DNA of 61,692 nucleotides, filler included, from Actinomycetota bacterium (lineage in GTDB: Bacteria > Actinomycetota > Acidimicrobiia > IMCC26256 > VFJJ01): assembly GCA_009886115.1 (NCBI GenBank). It is 5 parts of 5 records of this genome, joined end to end, with 100 filler letters (N's around TTAATTAATTAA, not from the genome) between each part and the next. Parts side by side here need not be neighbours in the genome. Positions count along the whole stretch, not along the records: positions 41,269 to 55,327 come from VFJJ01000203.1; positions 55,428 to 61,692 come from VFJJ01000101.1; 3 more parts are not named here. One strand, given 5' to 3'. The position numbers and the translations under genes are program-made. The notes beneath the pieces are model-generated. The model worked only from the letters and a program-made list of their open reading frames with translations, did no database searches and was not told where the DNA came from. Positions 48,831-58,637 of the stretch are shown piece after piece; position 1 is the stretch's first letter; each line of letters starts with the position of its first letter.

Positions 48831-50132
48831 CTAGGCGTCGGCGGTGGCGGCTTCGAGATAGCTCGCGAACTTCTCGCGTGCGTGGGCCTGGCGGGTGGGG
48901 ACGTGCTCGCTCGGTAGCCCGTCGACCGGGCGGTATCTCTTGAGCATCTGGCGGGCCACGGTCTGACGGTGTACCTCGTCGGGACCGTCGACGAAGCGGG
49001 CCTCTCGGGCGTGGCGGTACATCGACTCGAGCGGCAGGTCGGTCGAGAACCCGAGTGAGCCGTGGACCTGGATCGCCTTGTCGATCACGTTGTAGAGCAC
49101 CTTGGCGCCGAAGTACTTGATGACCGCGATCTCGACGCGCGCCTTCGACGACCCTTCCCGGTCCATCTTCCACGCGGCTTGGAGCGTGAGGAGACGGGCC
49201 GCCTGGATCTCGGCGTGGCTGTCGGCGATCCAGTCCTGCACCTGGCCCTTCTCGGCCAGCAACGAACCGTGGGCGTAGCGCGACAGGGCCCGCTCGCACA
49301 TCATGTCGAAGGCCCGCTGCGACTGACCGATCCAGCGCATGGCGTGGTGGATGCGCCCGGGGCCCAGGCGCTTCTGTGCGAGCAGGAAGCCCTCACCCTC
49401 CCGGCCGATGAGGTTCGAGACCGGCACGCGGGCGTTGTCGTAGACGATCTCGGAGTGCCCACCGGGTCGGCCGAACGTGCCACCGTGCGGATGGGTCATG
49501 GTGTCGACGTCGCGCAGGATGTTGACGCCCGGCGTGTCGGTGGGCACGACGATCATCGAGCAGCCCTGGTACGCCGACACGTCGGGATTGGTGCGCACCA
49601 TGACGATGAGGAAGTCGGCCGCCGAGCCGTTCGACGTGAACCACTTGTGGCCGTTGATGACGTACTCGTCGCCGTCACGTACGGCCGTGGTGCGGATGAG
49701 CGTGGGGTCCGACCCGGCGACGTCGCGTTCGGTCATCGAATAGGCGCTGCGTACCTTCCCGGCGAGCAGGGGCCACAGCCATCGCTCCTTCTGCTCGGCG
49801 TCGGCGCCGATGGCGAGGAGCTCGGCGTTGCCGGAGTCGGGCGCCTGGTTGCCGAAGACGCCCGGAGCGATGCGACAGCGCCCGAGGATCTCGTGCATCA
49901 GCCCCAGCTTCACCTGGCCGAAGCCCTGCCCGCCGAGCTCGCGATCGAGGTGCGCGGCCCACAGCCCCCGGGCCTTGACCTGCTCCTTCAACGGAGCGGT
50001 CGCCGCGTCGTACTGCGCCATGCTCATCTCGTCCCACACCGCTTCGAGGGGGATGATCTCGTCGTCGACGAACGACCGCATCCAGTCGAGGTGCTCCTGG
50101 AACTCAGGGTCGGTCTCGAAATCCCATGCCAT
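48831..50132 (-). CDS. Acyl-CoA dehydrogenase (FadE2-like)
   Basis: QAPDSGNAE, SMTE, NGHKWF, RLGPGRIHH and DGPDEVH motifs. Confidence 0.93.
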   Translation of the reverse strand: MAWDFETDPEFQEHLDWMRSFVDDEIIPLEAVWDEMSMAQYDAATAPLKEQVKARGLWAAHLDRELGGQGFGQVKLGLMHEILGRCRIAPGVFGNQAPDSGNAELLAIGADAEQKERWLWPLLAGKVRSAYSMTERDVAGSDPTLIRTTAVRDGDEYVINGHKWFTSNGSAADFLIVMVRTNPDVSAYQGCSMIVVPTDTPGVNILRDVDTMTHPHGGTFGRPGGHSEIVYDNARVPVSNLIGREGEGFLLAQKRLGPGRIHHAMRWIGQSQRAFDMMCERALSRYAHGSLLAEKGQVQDWIADSHAEIQAARLLTLQAAWKMDREGSSKARVEIAVIKYFGAKVLYNVIDKAIQVHGSLGFSTDLPLESMYRHAREARFVDGPDEVHRQTVARQMLKRYRPVDGLPSEHVPTRQAHAREKFASYLEAATADA

Positions 50133-50255
50133 GGCTGACCTCGTTGCCTGAAGACGAGCGGCGGACCGGGCTGACGGCCGACGACCGCCGACCGGACCCG
50201 GGCCAACGCTACGGGCCTCCGCGCCGGAGCGTCGAAGAGGTGCGATGATCGGGCC

Positions 50256-51044
50256 ATGGCCTTCACCACGATCCTCCTCGACATCACCAACGGCATCGCC
50301 CGCCTCACGCTCAACCGGCCCGAGGCCCGCAACGGGATCGAGCGTGACCTGGCGCGCGATCTCGCGACCGCGGCCCTGGCCCTGCACGAGGACCGCTCGG
50401 TGCGGGCGGTCCTCATCACCGGAGCCGGGCCCGCGTTCTGCGCCGGTGGCGATCTCAAGGCCTTCGCGGCGCAGGGCGACCGTCTCGGGTCGTACATCAA
50501 GGAGGTGACGGTCGACCTGCACACCGCCGTCACGCACCTCACCCAGCTCGACGCCCCCGTGATCGCCGCGGTCCATGGCTCGGCTGCGGGCGCCGGCCTG
50601 GGCCTCGTCGCGGGTGCCGACATCGTGATTGCAGCCGAGTCGGCCAAGTTCGTGATGGCCTACACGCTCGTCGGTCTGGTGCCCGACGGCGGTTCGACCT
50701 GGTTCCTGCCTCGGCGCGTCGGTCTGGGTCGGGCCCTCGAGATGTCGCTGCTCAACCGGCCGCTGTCGGCCTCCGAGGCCCAGTCGGCCGGGCTCGTCAC
50801 CCGGGTCGTCCCCGATGATCGCCTCGGCGAGGAGGCCGAGGCGGTGGCGGTCACCCTCGCCGCCGGCCCGACCCGATCGTTCGGGGCGACCAAGCGGCTG
50901 CTGCGGGCCAGCTTCGGGAACGGTCTCGAGACCCAGCTCGAGCTGGAGTCCCGGGCCATCAGCGATGCGGGCCGCACCCACGACGGTCGCGAGGGCATCG
51001 CGGCGTTCCTCGAGAAGCGCGCCGCGGCCTTCCAAGCCCGGTAG
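50256..51044 (+). CDS. Enoyl-CoA hydratase/isomerase family protein
   Basis: LNRPEARN, FCAGGD, AAGAG, PDGG and EGIAAFLEKR motifs. Confidence 0.93.
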   Translation: MAFTTILLDITNGIARLTLNRPEARNGIERDLARDLATAALALHEDRSVRAVLITGAGPAFCAGGDLKAFAAQGDRLGSYIKEVTVDLHTAVTHLTQLDAPVIAAVHGSAAGAGLGLVAGADIVIAAESAKFVMAYTLVGLVPDGGSTWFLPRRVGLGRALEMSLLNRPLSASEAQSAGLVTRVVPDDRLGEEAEAVAVTLAAGPTRSFGATKRLLRASFGNGLETQLELESRAISDAGRTHDGREGIAAFLEKRAAAFQAR

Positions 51045-51080
51045 CCCAGCCCGGTAGCCCAGCCCGGTAGCTCAGCCCGG
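51035..51080. repeat. 13-bp tandem repeat duplicating the gene's stop region (AGCCCGGTAGCCC x~3.5)
   Basis: Directly visible. Confidence 0.8.
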
Positions 51081-51178
51081 CGGCGCTCGCCTGGGTGTCC
51101 CTTTTGCCATCAATGCCCACATGGTGCACAATGACCACATAGTTCACATACTCCACTTCCCCCTCTGAGGAGTCCCTG

Positions 51179-52348
51179 GTGATCACCGGCACCAGCATCA
51201 TGACCACCGCTCGGGCGCTCGGCCCGCAGATCCGTGGAGCGTCCGACTGGATCGAGCGCGAGCGCCGGCTCCCCGACGCGCTCGTGCGCTCGCTCCAGGG
51301 GGCCGGCGTCTTCAGGATGCCGATGCCCGCTTCGATGGGCGGCCCCGAGCTCGATCCCATCACCCAGATGCAGATCATCGAGGAGCTCTCGTTCCACGAC
51401 GGCTCCACCGGGTGGGTCGCCATGACGGGCTGCGACGGTGGCTACTACTGCGCCCACCTCGACGAGGAGGCGGCCCAGAAGCTCTACCTTGACCTCGACG
51501 CGGTCACGTGCGGCGTGCACGTTCCCAGCGGACGGGCCGTGCTCAACGAGCGGGGCTACATGGTCACCGGCCGGTGGTCGTTCGGATCGGCGTCCCTCCA
51601 TGCCCGCTTCATGGTCGGCGGGTGCGTCGTCCACGACGACGGGAAGCCCGTCCTCGAGCGCGGCAGACCCAAGATCGTCATGGCGGTCATGCCGTCCGAG
51701 GCCGTGAGCATCGTCGACACCTGGACCACCACCGGCCTGGCTGGCAGCGGCAGCAACGACTTCGTCGCCGACGGCGTCGAGGTGCCGTTCAAGCACACGT
51801 TCAACGTGTTCACCGACACCTCGACCAACGCTGCGCCGTTGTTCCGTTTCCGCTGGTGGATGGTGAGCAAGGCGCCCGCCGTGGCGCTCGGGATCGCCCG
51901 CCGCGCCATCGACGACCTTGTCGAGCTGGCCCAGCAGACGGTTCGTACCTCGGCCAGCGCGTCGGCGAGCACGTCGGGAACGCTGCGTGACGACGCCTTC
52001 GTGCAGGCCGCCGTGGGCCGGGCCCAGGCGCAGGTGGGTTCGGCCAAGTCCTGGCTCTACGACGTGATGCATGACGTGTGGCAGACCAGCCTCGCTGGCG
52101 GTGAGCCCTCGGCCAGGCAGGTGGCCGAGTTCCGGCTGTCGATCACGAACGCGTTCCATTCGAGCCGCGACGCGGTCCGGGGCATGTACGAGGCCGGATC
52201 GGGAGCCACGCTCTACCGTAAGTCGCCGCTCGACCGGCACCTGCGCGACATCACGACCATCAGCCAGCACACGCTCGTCAACCAACGCAGCTATGCCGAA
52301 GCCGGGCGCTCGGCGCTCGGGCTCGACCCCGACCCCTTCGTCTGGTGA
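51179..52348 (+). CDS. Flavin-dependent hydroxylase, acyl-CoA dehydrogenase fold (HsaA/NcnH-like)
   Basis: DGSTGW, GRWSFGS, DTWTTTGLAGSGSND and RHLRD...QH motifs. Confidence 0.88.
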   Translation: MITGTSIMTTARALGPQIRGASDWIERERRLPDALVRSLQGAGVFRMPMPASMGGPELDPITQMQIIEELSFHDGSTGWVAMTGCDGGYYCAHLDEEAAQKLYLDLDAVTCGVHVPSGRAVLNERGYMVTGRWSFGSASLHARFMVGGCVVHDDGKPVLERGRPKIVMAVMPSEAVSIVDTWTTTGLAGSGSNDFVADGVEVPFKHTFNVFTDTSTNAAPLFRFRWWMVSKAPAVALGIARRAIDDLVELAQQTVRTSASASASTSGTLRDDAFVQAAVGRAQAQVGSAKSWLYDVMHDVWQTSLAGGEPSARQVAEFRLSITNAFHSSRDAVRGMYEAGSGATLYRKSPLDRHLRDITTISQHTLVNQRSYAEAGRSALGLDPDPFVW

Positions 52349-52450
52349 GCTCGGCCCGTCGCCGGTGGGGCTCGGGTCGGATGGGACGGCGTCTCGCGTC
52401 GGTACCCTGGCAACCGTGAGCATGTACAGACCACGAACGCGGGTTGCGCC

Positions 52451-53710
52451 ATGATCGACGTCCGCCGTCTGCGCGACGACCCCGAGTACCGCAACGGTGC
52501 CGTTCGCAAGGGAGCCTCTCCCGAGGCCATCGACGCGCTCCTCGCATCCGACGACCGGCGCCTCGCCGTCCGCCAGGAGATCGAGGCCCTCCGCGCCCGG
52601 CAGAACGCGGCATCGAAGGAGATCGCCAAGGCGCCGGCCGCCGATCGTCCCGCGAAGATCGCCGTGGCGGGCGAGCTCAAGGCCGAGCTCTCGGCCCGGG
52701 AACCCTTGGTGGCCCTGGCCGAGAACGAGTTCCGAGAGCTCGCCATCCGCATCGCGAACCCGGCCCATCCGTCGGTGCCGAGCGGCGGGGCCGATGATTT
52801 CGTCGTCGTCAAGACCGTGGGTGGAGAGACGCCGGCCCCGGCGCTCGACCACGCCGACTACGGCCTGCGGATGGGCTTCGTCGACGGCGAGCGGGCGGTG
52901 CGCATCAGCGGATCGCGCTTCGCATATCTCATGCGCGAGGCGGTGCTGCTCGAGCTGGCGCTCGTGCAGTGGGTCACGCAACGTCTGGTGGGTCACGGCT
53001 TCGTTCCCGTCGTCCCCCCGGTCCTGGTGCAAGAGCACATGATGGAGGCGGCCGGGTTCTTCCCCACCGACCGCTCGCAGGTCTACGACGTCGACGGCGG
53101 CGAGCTGTTCCTGGTCGGTACGGCCGAGGTGCCGTTGGCCGGCATCCACCTGGGCGAGATCGTCGACGGGTCCTCGCTGCCGCTGCGCTATGCCGGGATC
53201 TCACCGTGCTTTCGACGGGAGGCCGGCACCTATGGCAAGGACACGCGCGGCATCTTCCGGGTGCACCAATTCGACAAGGTCGAGATGTTCTCCTACTGCT
53301 CCCCCGAACGGTCGTGGGAGGAGCACGAGTTCCTCCTGTCGATCGAGGAGTCGATCGTGGCCGATCTGGGCCTGCCCTACCGCGTGATCGTGGTGGCCGC
53401 CGGCGACCTCGGCAACCCCGCCGCCAAGAAGTACGACATCGAGGCGTGGCTGCCGTCGGAAGGCTGCTACCGCGAGGTCACGTCGTGCTCGAACTACACC
53501 GACTACTCGGCCCGCCGGCTGGGCACCCGGCTCAGAGGCGAGGGCGCGGGCGCGGGCACACAGCTCGTGCACACCCTCAACGGGACTGCCTGCGCGATCG
53601 GTCGCACGCTGTTGTTCATCTTCGAGCACTACCAGCAGTCCGACGGGTCGCTTTCGGTGCCCGAGGTGCTCCAGCCGTACTGCGGGTTCACCGCGGTCCC
53701 CGCCCGCTGA
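52451..53710 (+). CDS. serS: Serine--tRNA ligase
   Basis: MID..LR, GTAE, FRREAG, RVHQFDKVE, EVTSCSN and HTLNGT motifs. Confidence 0.97.
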   Translation: MIDVRRLRDDPEYRNGAVRKGASPEAIDALLASDDRRLAVRQEIEALRARQNAASKEIAKAPAADRPAKIAVAGELKAELSAREPLVALAENEFRELAIRIANPAHPSVPSGGADDFVVVKTVGGETPAPALDHADYGLRMGFVDGERAVRISGSRFAYLMREAVLLELALVQWVTQRLVGHGFVPVVPPVLVQEHMMEAAGFFPTDRSQVYDVDGGELFLVGTAEVPLAGIHLGEIVDGSSLPLRYAGISPCFRREAGTYGKDTRGIFRVHQFDKVEMFSYCSPERSWEEHEFLLSIEESIVADLGLPYRVIVVAAGDLGNPAAKKYDIEAWLPSEGCYREVTSCSNYTDYSARRLGTRLRGEGAGAGTQLVHTLNGTACAIGRTLLFIFEHYQQSDGSLSVPEVLQPYCGFTAVPAR

Positions 53711-53797
53711 CCGCGGGCGCCGGGCTCGTTCGTCGCGGTCTCGGGGGCCCGAATCAACCCGTAAGATCGTGGGTGCTCGTCTCGATGGAGGACTTCC

Positions 53798-55258
53798 GTG
53801 CACCGTTGCTCGCCTCGGACTCTCGTCACCGCGTGTGCCATCGCGTTCACGCTGCTCACGTCGGCCTGCGGGAGCGGCGACTCGGGATCGTCGTCAGCGT
53901 CGCGCAGCGTTGACGACACCCCGCGCACCGATGACGACACGCCGCGCAGCGACGAGGACGAGCCCCGAACCGACGACAACGAGCCCTCGGGCGACACCAC
54001 CGATGTCGGAACACCCACCGACTGTGGCGACGAGGACCACGACGAGATCGTCTGCGACGCCCTCGAGAGCGTGCAGAGCTTCTGGATCGATGCGTACCCC
54101 GAGGTCTTCGGCGACGACTACCAGCCGATCGAGGGCGGGTTCCACCCGTACACCTCGGAGTCGGACCAGCCCCCGTGCGGCGATCCGCCGCCCTCGTACG
54201 ACGACATCGCCCAGAACGCGTTCTACTGCCCCTCGGCCGACCTCATCGCCTGGGACAACGAGAATCTGATCCCCCAGCTGTTCGAGCGGTTCGGGCCGTT
54301 CACGTTGGGCATCGTGTTCGCCCACGAGTTCGGCCACGCCATCCAGGCGAGAGCCGACTTCGAGGCGCCGACGGTGATCGAGGAGAACCAGGCCGACTGC
54401 TACGCCGGGGCCTGGGTGGGCGCTGTCGCCGACGGTACCGTTCCCAACTTCGAGGTGACCGCCGAAGACCTCGACCTCGCCATCGCCGGATTCTTGACCC
54501 TGGCAGACGTCCCGGGTACGTCCGAGCGTGATCCGCTCGCCCACGGGAGCGCGTTCGACCGGGTCAACGCGTTCCAGGACGGCATCGACAACGGCGCCGC
54601 CGAGTGCGCTGGCTACACCCTCGACACCGTGGTCATCACCCAGATGGAGTTCACGGTCGAGGAACAGGCCAATCAGGGCAACCTCCCGCTCGACGAGACC
54701 ATCGAGTTCGTGATCGTCGACCTCGAAGAGTTCTGGGCCACCGCCTTCCCCGAGGAGTTCGACGCCGAGTGGGTCCCGATCTCGAACTTCGTCCCCTACG
54801 ACGGCGAGGTCGACGCGCTCACCTGCGGAGGCACCGACGTCGATCCCGAGTTCGCGCTGGACAACGTGTGGTACTGCCTCGCCGACGACTACATCGCGTG
54901 GGACGAGCCCGGGCTGTTCGTGCCCGTCATCGACCAGATCGGCGATTTCGCGGTGGGCATGCTGATCGCCAACCAATACGCCCGTGCCGCGGGCATCCGT
55001 CTGGGCATCGAGGAGTTCGATGCGGCCACGCTGTTGCAGATCGACTGTCTGAGCGGGGCCTGGGCCGGCAACGCCGCACACCGCGACCCGGACGAAGGGC
55101 TCACGCTGTCGGCCGGTGACCTCGACGAGGCCATCGTGGCCTTCCTGGTCTTCGGCAGCGCGTCCGACCCCGGCGTCGACAGCGGCAACACCGCCTTCGA
55201 ACGGGTCGACGCCTTCCGCCAGGGTTTCCTCGACGGCATCCAGACATGTCTGAGTTGA
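53798..55258 (+). CDS. Lipoprotein neutral zinc metallopeptidase with an internal domain duplication
   Basis: Lipobox TSAC|G; NAFYCP, HEFGH, ENQADC and HG...R motifs; the second copy lacks HEXXH. Confidence 0.85.
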   Translation: MHRCSPRTLVTACAIAFTLLTSACGSGDSGSSSASRSVDDTPRTDDDTPRSDEDEPRTDDNEPSGDTTDVGTPTDCGDEDHDEIVCDALESVQSFWIDAYPEVFGDDYQPIEGGFHPYTSESDQPPCGDPPPSYDDIAQNAFYCPSADLIAWDNENLIPQLFERFGPFTLGIVFAHEFGHAIQARADFEAPTVIEENQADCYAGAWVGAVADGTVPNFEVTAEDLDLAIAGFLTLADVPGTSERDPLAHGSAFDRVNAFQDGIDNGAAECAGYTLDTVVITQMEFTVEEQANQGNLPLDETIEFVIVDLEEFWATAFPEEFDAEWVPISNFVPYDGEVDALTCGGTDVDPEFALDNVWYCLADDYIAWDEPGLFVPVIDQIGDFAVGMLIANQYARAAGIRLGIEEFDAATLLQIDCLSGAWAGNAAHRDPDEGLTLSAGDLDEAIVAFLVFGSASDPGVDSGNTAFERVDAFRQGFLDGIQTCLS

Positions 55259-55274
55259 TGAGGATGTCATTCTG

Positions 55275-55327
55275 ATGCTCCCCGTGACTCCTGAGCCTCC
55301 GGTCAAGGTCCTGTACCTCATGGGCTA
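55275..55327 (+). CDS. Possible N-terminus of a sulfotransferase-family protein (cut by linker)
   Basis: MLPVTPEPPVKVLYLMG resembles the strand preceding the GxxRSGST PAPS loop; only 17 codons visible. Confidence 0.3.
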
Positions 55328-55427
55328 NNNNNNNNNNNNNNNNNNNNNNNNNNNNNNNNNNNNNNNNNNNNTTAATTAATTAANNNNNNNNNNNNNNNNN
55401 NNNNNNNNNNNNNNNNNNNNNNNNNNN
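55328..55427. other. Artificial contig linker
   Basis: N44-TTAATTAATTAA-N44. Confidence 0.99.
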
Positions 55428-56361
55428 CGGTGTACCGGCCGATGTCGATGTTGCCCTCGAGCGAGGGTTTGAGCAGCGGAAAGATGAGCTCTTTCTCATC
55501 TTCTGGGAGGTGCGCAAGCTCCCATTGGAGCGTGAACTGAGCCAGATTCTGACACCACCATTTCACTGAATCCCAGAGCCCGTACTCGGCTGCTTCATCC
55601 ATGTCTTCGGCACAATGCACGAGGGTGTAGGCCCCGACACGGTCGTTCTTGAAGCGGGTGATCGGCTCGACGCAATCGGCCTGACCTTGGCGGTACATCC
55701 GGATGTGCTCGGCCATCTTCTCCACCGGTTGGAGCAGGGCGAAGGACAAGAGACCGAGGCCGTTCTTGCCCGCGTTGTAAGCCGACACGTCACCGGCCGC
55801 TGCGAGCCACGCCGGCGGATGAGGATCCTGGTAGGGACGCGGGGTGATGAACCGCTCCGGGAAGTCGATGTTCTCCGACTTCCACGCCAGTTTCTCGTTC
55901 TCCCATGCAGCGACGACGAACTCGACGCCCTCCTTCCACATTGCTCTCGAGCGGTCGTCAGCCGGAACGTGGAAACCCAACTGCTCGTTGGGGGTCGACC
56001 GCCCCGTTCCCCACTCGACCCGTCCCTTGCTCAAGATGTCGACGGTAGCGACCTTCTCGGCCACCCGAACCGGGTGCTGGAAGCCCGGGGGCATCAGCAC
56101 GACGCCGAAGCCGAGCCGGATGTTCTGGGTGACCTTCGAGAGTGCTCCGAGGATCACCTCGTTGCAGGGCGAAGCCGAGCGGCCGTCCCGGAAGTGGTGC
56201 TCGACGACCCACACGGTTTGGAAGCCCAGACGGTCGGCGAGCTTGATCTCCTCGAAGGCTTCGTCGTAGGCCTGCTGCTCGGCTCGTTTTTGCCCGTACG
56301 GGAAGGATTCGGGGTACGGGCCGATCTTCGGCTGGAACTCGTAGAGCAGATCGAGCTTCAC
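55428..56361 (-). CDS. LLM class flavin-dependent oxidoreductase, 3' partial
   Basis: GTG after GGAGG; WVVEHHF, HPVRVAE, GRVEWGTGRS and PRPYQDPHPP motifs. Confidence 0.9.
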
Positions 56362-56377
56362 GATGCCTCCGCGTGGC

Positions 56378-56397
56378 TTTTTCGCAATAGCGAAAAA
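56378..56397. promoter_or_regulatory. Palindromic operator, IclR-type candidate
   Basis: TTTTTCGC-AATA-GCGAAAAA, located between the LLM start and a divergent IclR remnant. Confidence 0.6.
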
Positions 56398-56399
56398 TT

Positions 56400-57034
56400 C
56401 TTTCCAGGCCATCGATCGCCTCGCAGCCGAGCTGTGCGCCGACGTCGTCGTCACCGCGCCGACCCCCACCGAGATCATCTTCATCGCCGTCGCCGGCACC
56501 CCCTCCCAGTTCGGGCCGGGATTCCGTGAAGGTGAACGGGTTCCGCTCGTGCCACCCTTCGGCGCCGTCTTCATGGCCTGGACTCCACCCGAGCACGTGG
56601 ACGACTGGCTGGCGCACACGCCCATGCCCGAGGGGATCGACGATCGGAGAGTCGCCGCGATGCTGGCCGCGGTGCGAAGCAACGGGTACGCGATCAGCCT
56701 GGCGTCGACGACCCAACGGGCCCTGGGCGACGCCGTCCTGGCGCTCACCGACGACCCTCGCCAGACCCGTCTGCGTACCAGCCTCGGAGCGTTGATCGCC
56801 GCCGTCGGCCGTGAGAACGAGTACGAGCTCACTGCCGTCGATCCCGACCGCACCTATGACATCAGCACGATTGCCGCCCCCATCTTCGACAGCGCCCGAC
56901 GGGTGCTGGCCGCCATCACCGCCGCCGGGTTCCCCCCGGGCCTCGCCGCTGCCGACGTCGTCGACATCGCAGCACGGGTCCGGGCCTGCGCCACCCTCGT
57001 CACCAAGCAGACCAGGGGAAGGCTGCCCGGGTGA
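56400..57034 (+). pseudogene. IclR regulator lacking its N-terminal HTH
   Basis: GERVPLVPPFG, VRSNGYA and IAAPIFD effector-domain motifs; no room for an HTH before the divergent gene. Confidence 0.72.
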
Positions 57035-58293
57035 CGAGCACCAGCGAGCCCACCACGTTCCGGGCCCTCCGTGTCCCCGCGTTCCGCTTGTACTTCGTGG
57101 GTCAGCTCTCGTCGATGTGCGGAACATGGGCCCAGACCGTGGCCATGGCCTGGCTGGTGCTCCAGCTCACCGGCAGCGGCACGACCGTGGGCCTGTTGAC
57201 CTCGGTGCAGTTCGTGCCGGTCGTGCTGCTCAGTGCTTGGGCTGGAGCCGTTGCCGATCGCTTCGATCAACGACGGTCGGTGCTCGCCGTGCAGACCGTC
57301 CTCGGCGTTCAGGCCAGCGTGCTGGCGATCGTGGTCCTCACCGACACCGTCGAGCTCTGGATGCTGTACGGCTTGGCGATCGTCCAGGGAATCGGTCTGG
57401 CGTTCGACACACCGACCCGCCAATCGCTCGTCGGACGGGTCGTGGGGAACGACGACCTCCGCAACGCGCTGTCGCTCAACGCCGGCCTGGTCCAGGTCGC
57501 CCGAGTCGTGGGGCCGGCCGTGGCGGGGATCCTGATCGACTCCGTCGGCATCGGGATCTGCTTCGCCATCAATGCCATCTCGTATGGGGCGATCATCACA
57601 GCCGTGGTCGCGATGAAGGTGCCCGGGGCTCGGGACGCCCACGCCGAGGTGCGGCACAGCTCAGCCGCATCGCCAGCCGCATCCGGTCGGGTCAGCGAAG
57701 GTGTCCGCTTGATCTGGACCACACCCGAGCTCCGCGACACGTTGGGGCTGGCCCTCATCGTCGGCCTCGTGGCCGTGAACTTCACCGTGGCGCTCCCCCT
57801 GTTGGTGCGCGACGAGTTCGGTGACGACGCCCGCACGTTCGGTCTCCTTGCTGCCGTCTACGGAGTGGGGGCCCTGGCCGGAGCCGTCGTCAGCGCAGCC
57901 CGTCCACACCCCACGAAGGGACTGCTGCTGCGGTCGATGGGGATCCTCGGCATCTCGCTGGCGTTGTGTGCCGAGCGCACGCACCTCGGCATCGTCGTAC
58001 CCGGTGTGGCCGCGGCGGGCTTCGTGGGCCTCCTGCTGGGCGTCACCCTCAACGCCTCGCTCCAGCTCGGATCGCCGACCGCGATGCGGGGACGGGTCAT
58101 CGGCCTGTATTTCCTCGTGGCGTTCGGTTCGAACGTCGTGGGCGGACCGCTCGTCGGCTGGATCGCCGAGACCTGGACCGCCGGGGTCAGCTTCGGCGTC
58201 AGTGCCGTCACCGTGCTCGCCGGGGCGCTCGGGTTGGCGATGCACTGGCGGGGCAGACTCGCCGAGCCACCGACCACCCCGAGCGTCTCGTAG
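57031..58293 (+). CDS. MFS transporter (MFS_3/DHA3-like)
   Basis: FRLYFVGQ..S..GTW.Q, GAVADRFDQR and ARVVGPAVAG motifs; ~12 TM helices. Confidence 0.92.
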   Translation: MTSTSEPTTFRALRVPAFRLYFVGQLSSMCGTWAQTVAMAWLVLQLTGSGTTVGLLTSVQFVPVVLLSAWAGAVADRFDQRRSVLAVQTVLGVQASVLAIVVLTDTVELWMLYGLAIVQGIGLAFDTPTRQSLVGRVVGNDDLRNALSLNAGLVQVARVVGPAVAGILIDSVGIGICFAINAISYGAIITAVVAMKVPGARDAHAEVRHSSAASPAASGRVSEGVRLIWTTPELRDTLGLALIVGLVAVNFTVALPLLVRDEFGDDARTFGLLAAVYGVGALAGAVVSAARPHPTKGLLLRSMGILGISLALCAERTHLGIVVPGVAAAGFVGLLLGVTLNASLQLGSPTAMRGRVIGLYFLVAFGSNVVGGPLVGWIAETWTAGVSFGVSAVTVLAGALGLAMHWRGRLAEPPTTPSVS

Positions 58294-58364
58294 CGTCTCC
58301 TCGCGTCTCGTCGTGCGCTCGGCACCGAGAAGGGAGGCGCTCAGGTGACCGTGCCGGCCGAGGG

Positions 58365-58523
58365 TCACACCACCTGCTCGCCGAAGGCCCGCACGGTTTC
58401 CTCGGCCGCGTCGGGATCGTCGCCGCAGACCAGCATCACGAGCCACTCGACACCGAGCTCGGCGAACCGGGCGACATCGCCGAGGTAGGCATCGACGTCC
58501 CAACCCTGGCGGATGTCGAGCTT
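58365..58523 (-). pseudogene. C-terminal remnant of an LLM oxidoreductase
   Basis: DAYLGDVARFAELGVEWL...ETVRAFGEQVV is a typical LLM C-terminus; the upstream part is missing and the palindrome lies ~50 bp away. Confidence 0.6.
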
Positions 58524-58570
58524 CGGCCAGTGCCCGCATCTCCGACTTGAGGTACCCGTCCCCGGCTTCC

Positions 58571-58622
58571 CCGAAATGTGCGCGAAAATGCGCACCGGGC
58601 GAGAATTTCCGCGCACATTTGG
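58571..58622. repeat. ~50-bp extragenic palindrome (REP-like), copy 2
   Basis: CCGAAATGTGCGCGAAAATGCGCA...ATTTCCGCGCACATTTGG; related to 31407-31457. Confidence 0.75.
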
Positions 58623-58637
58623 GTTCGGGGCGCAGGG

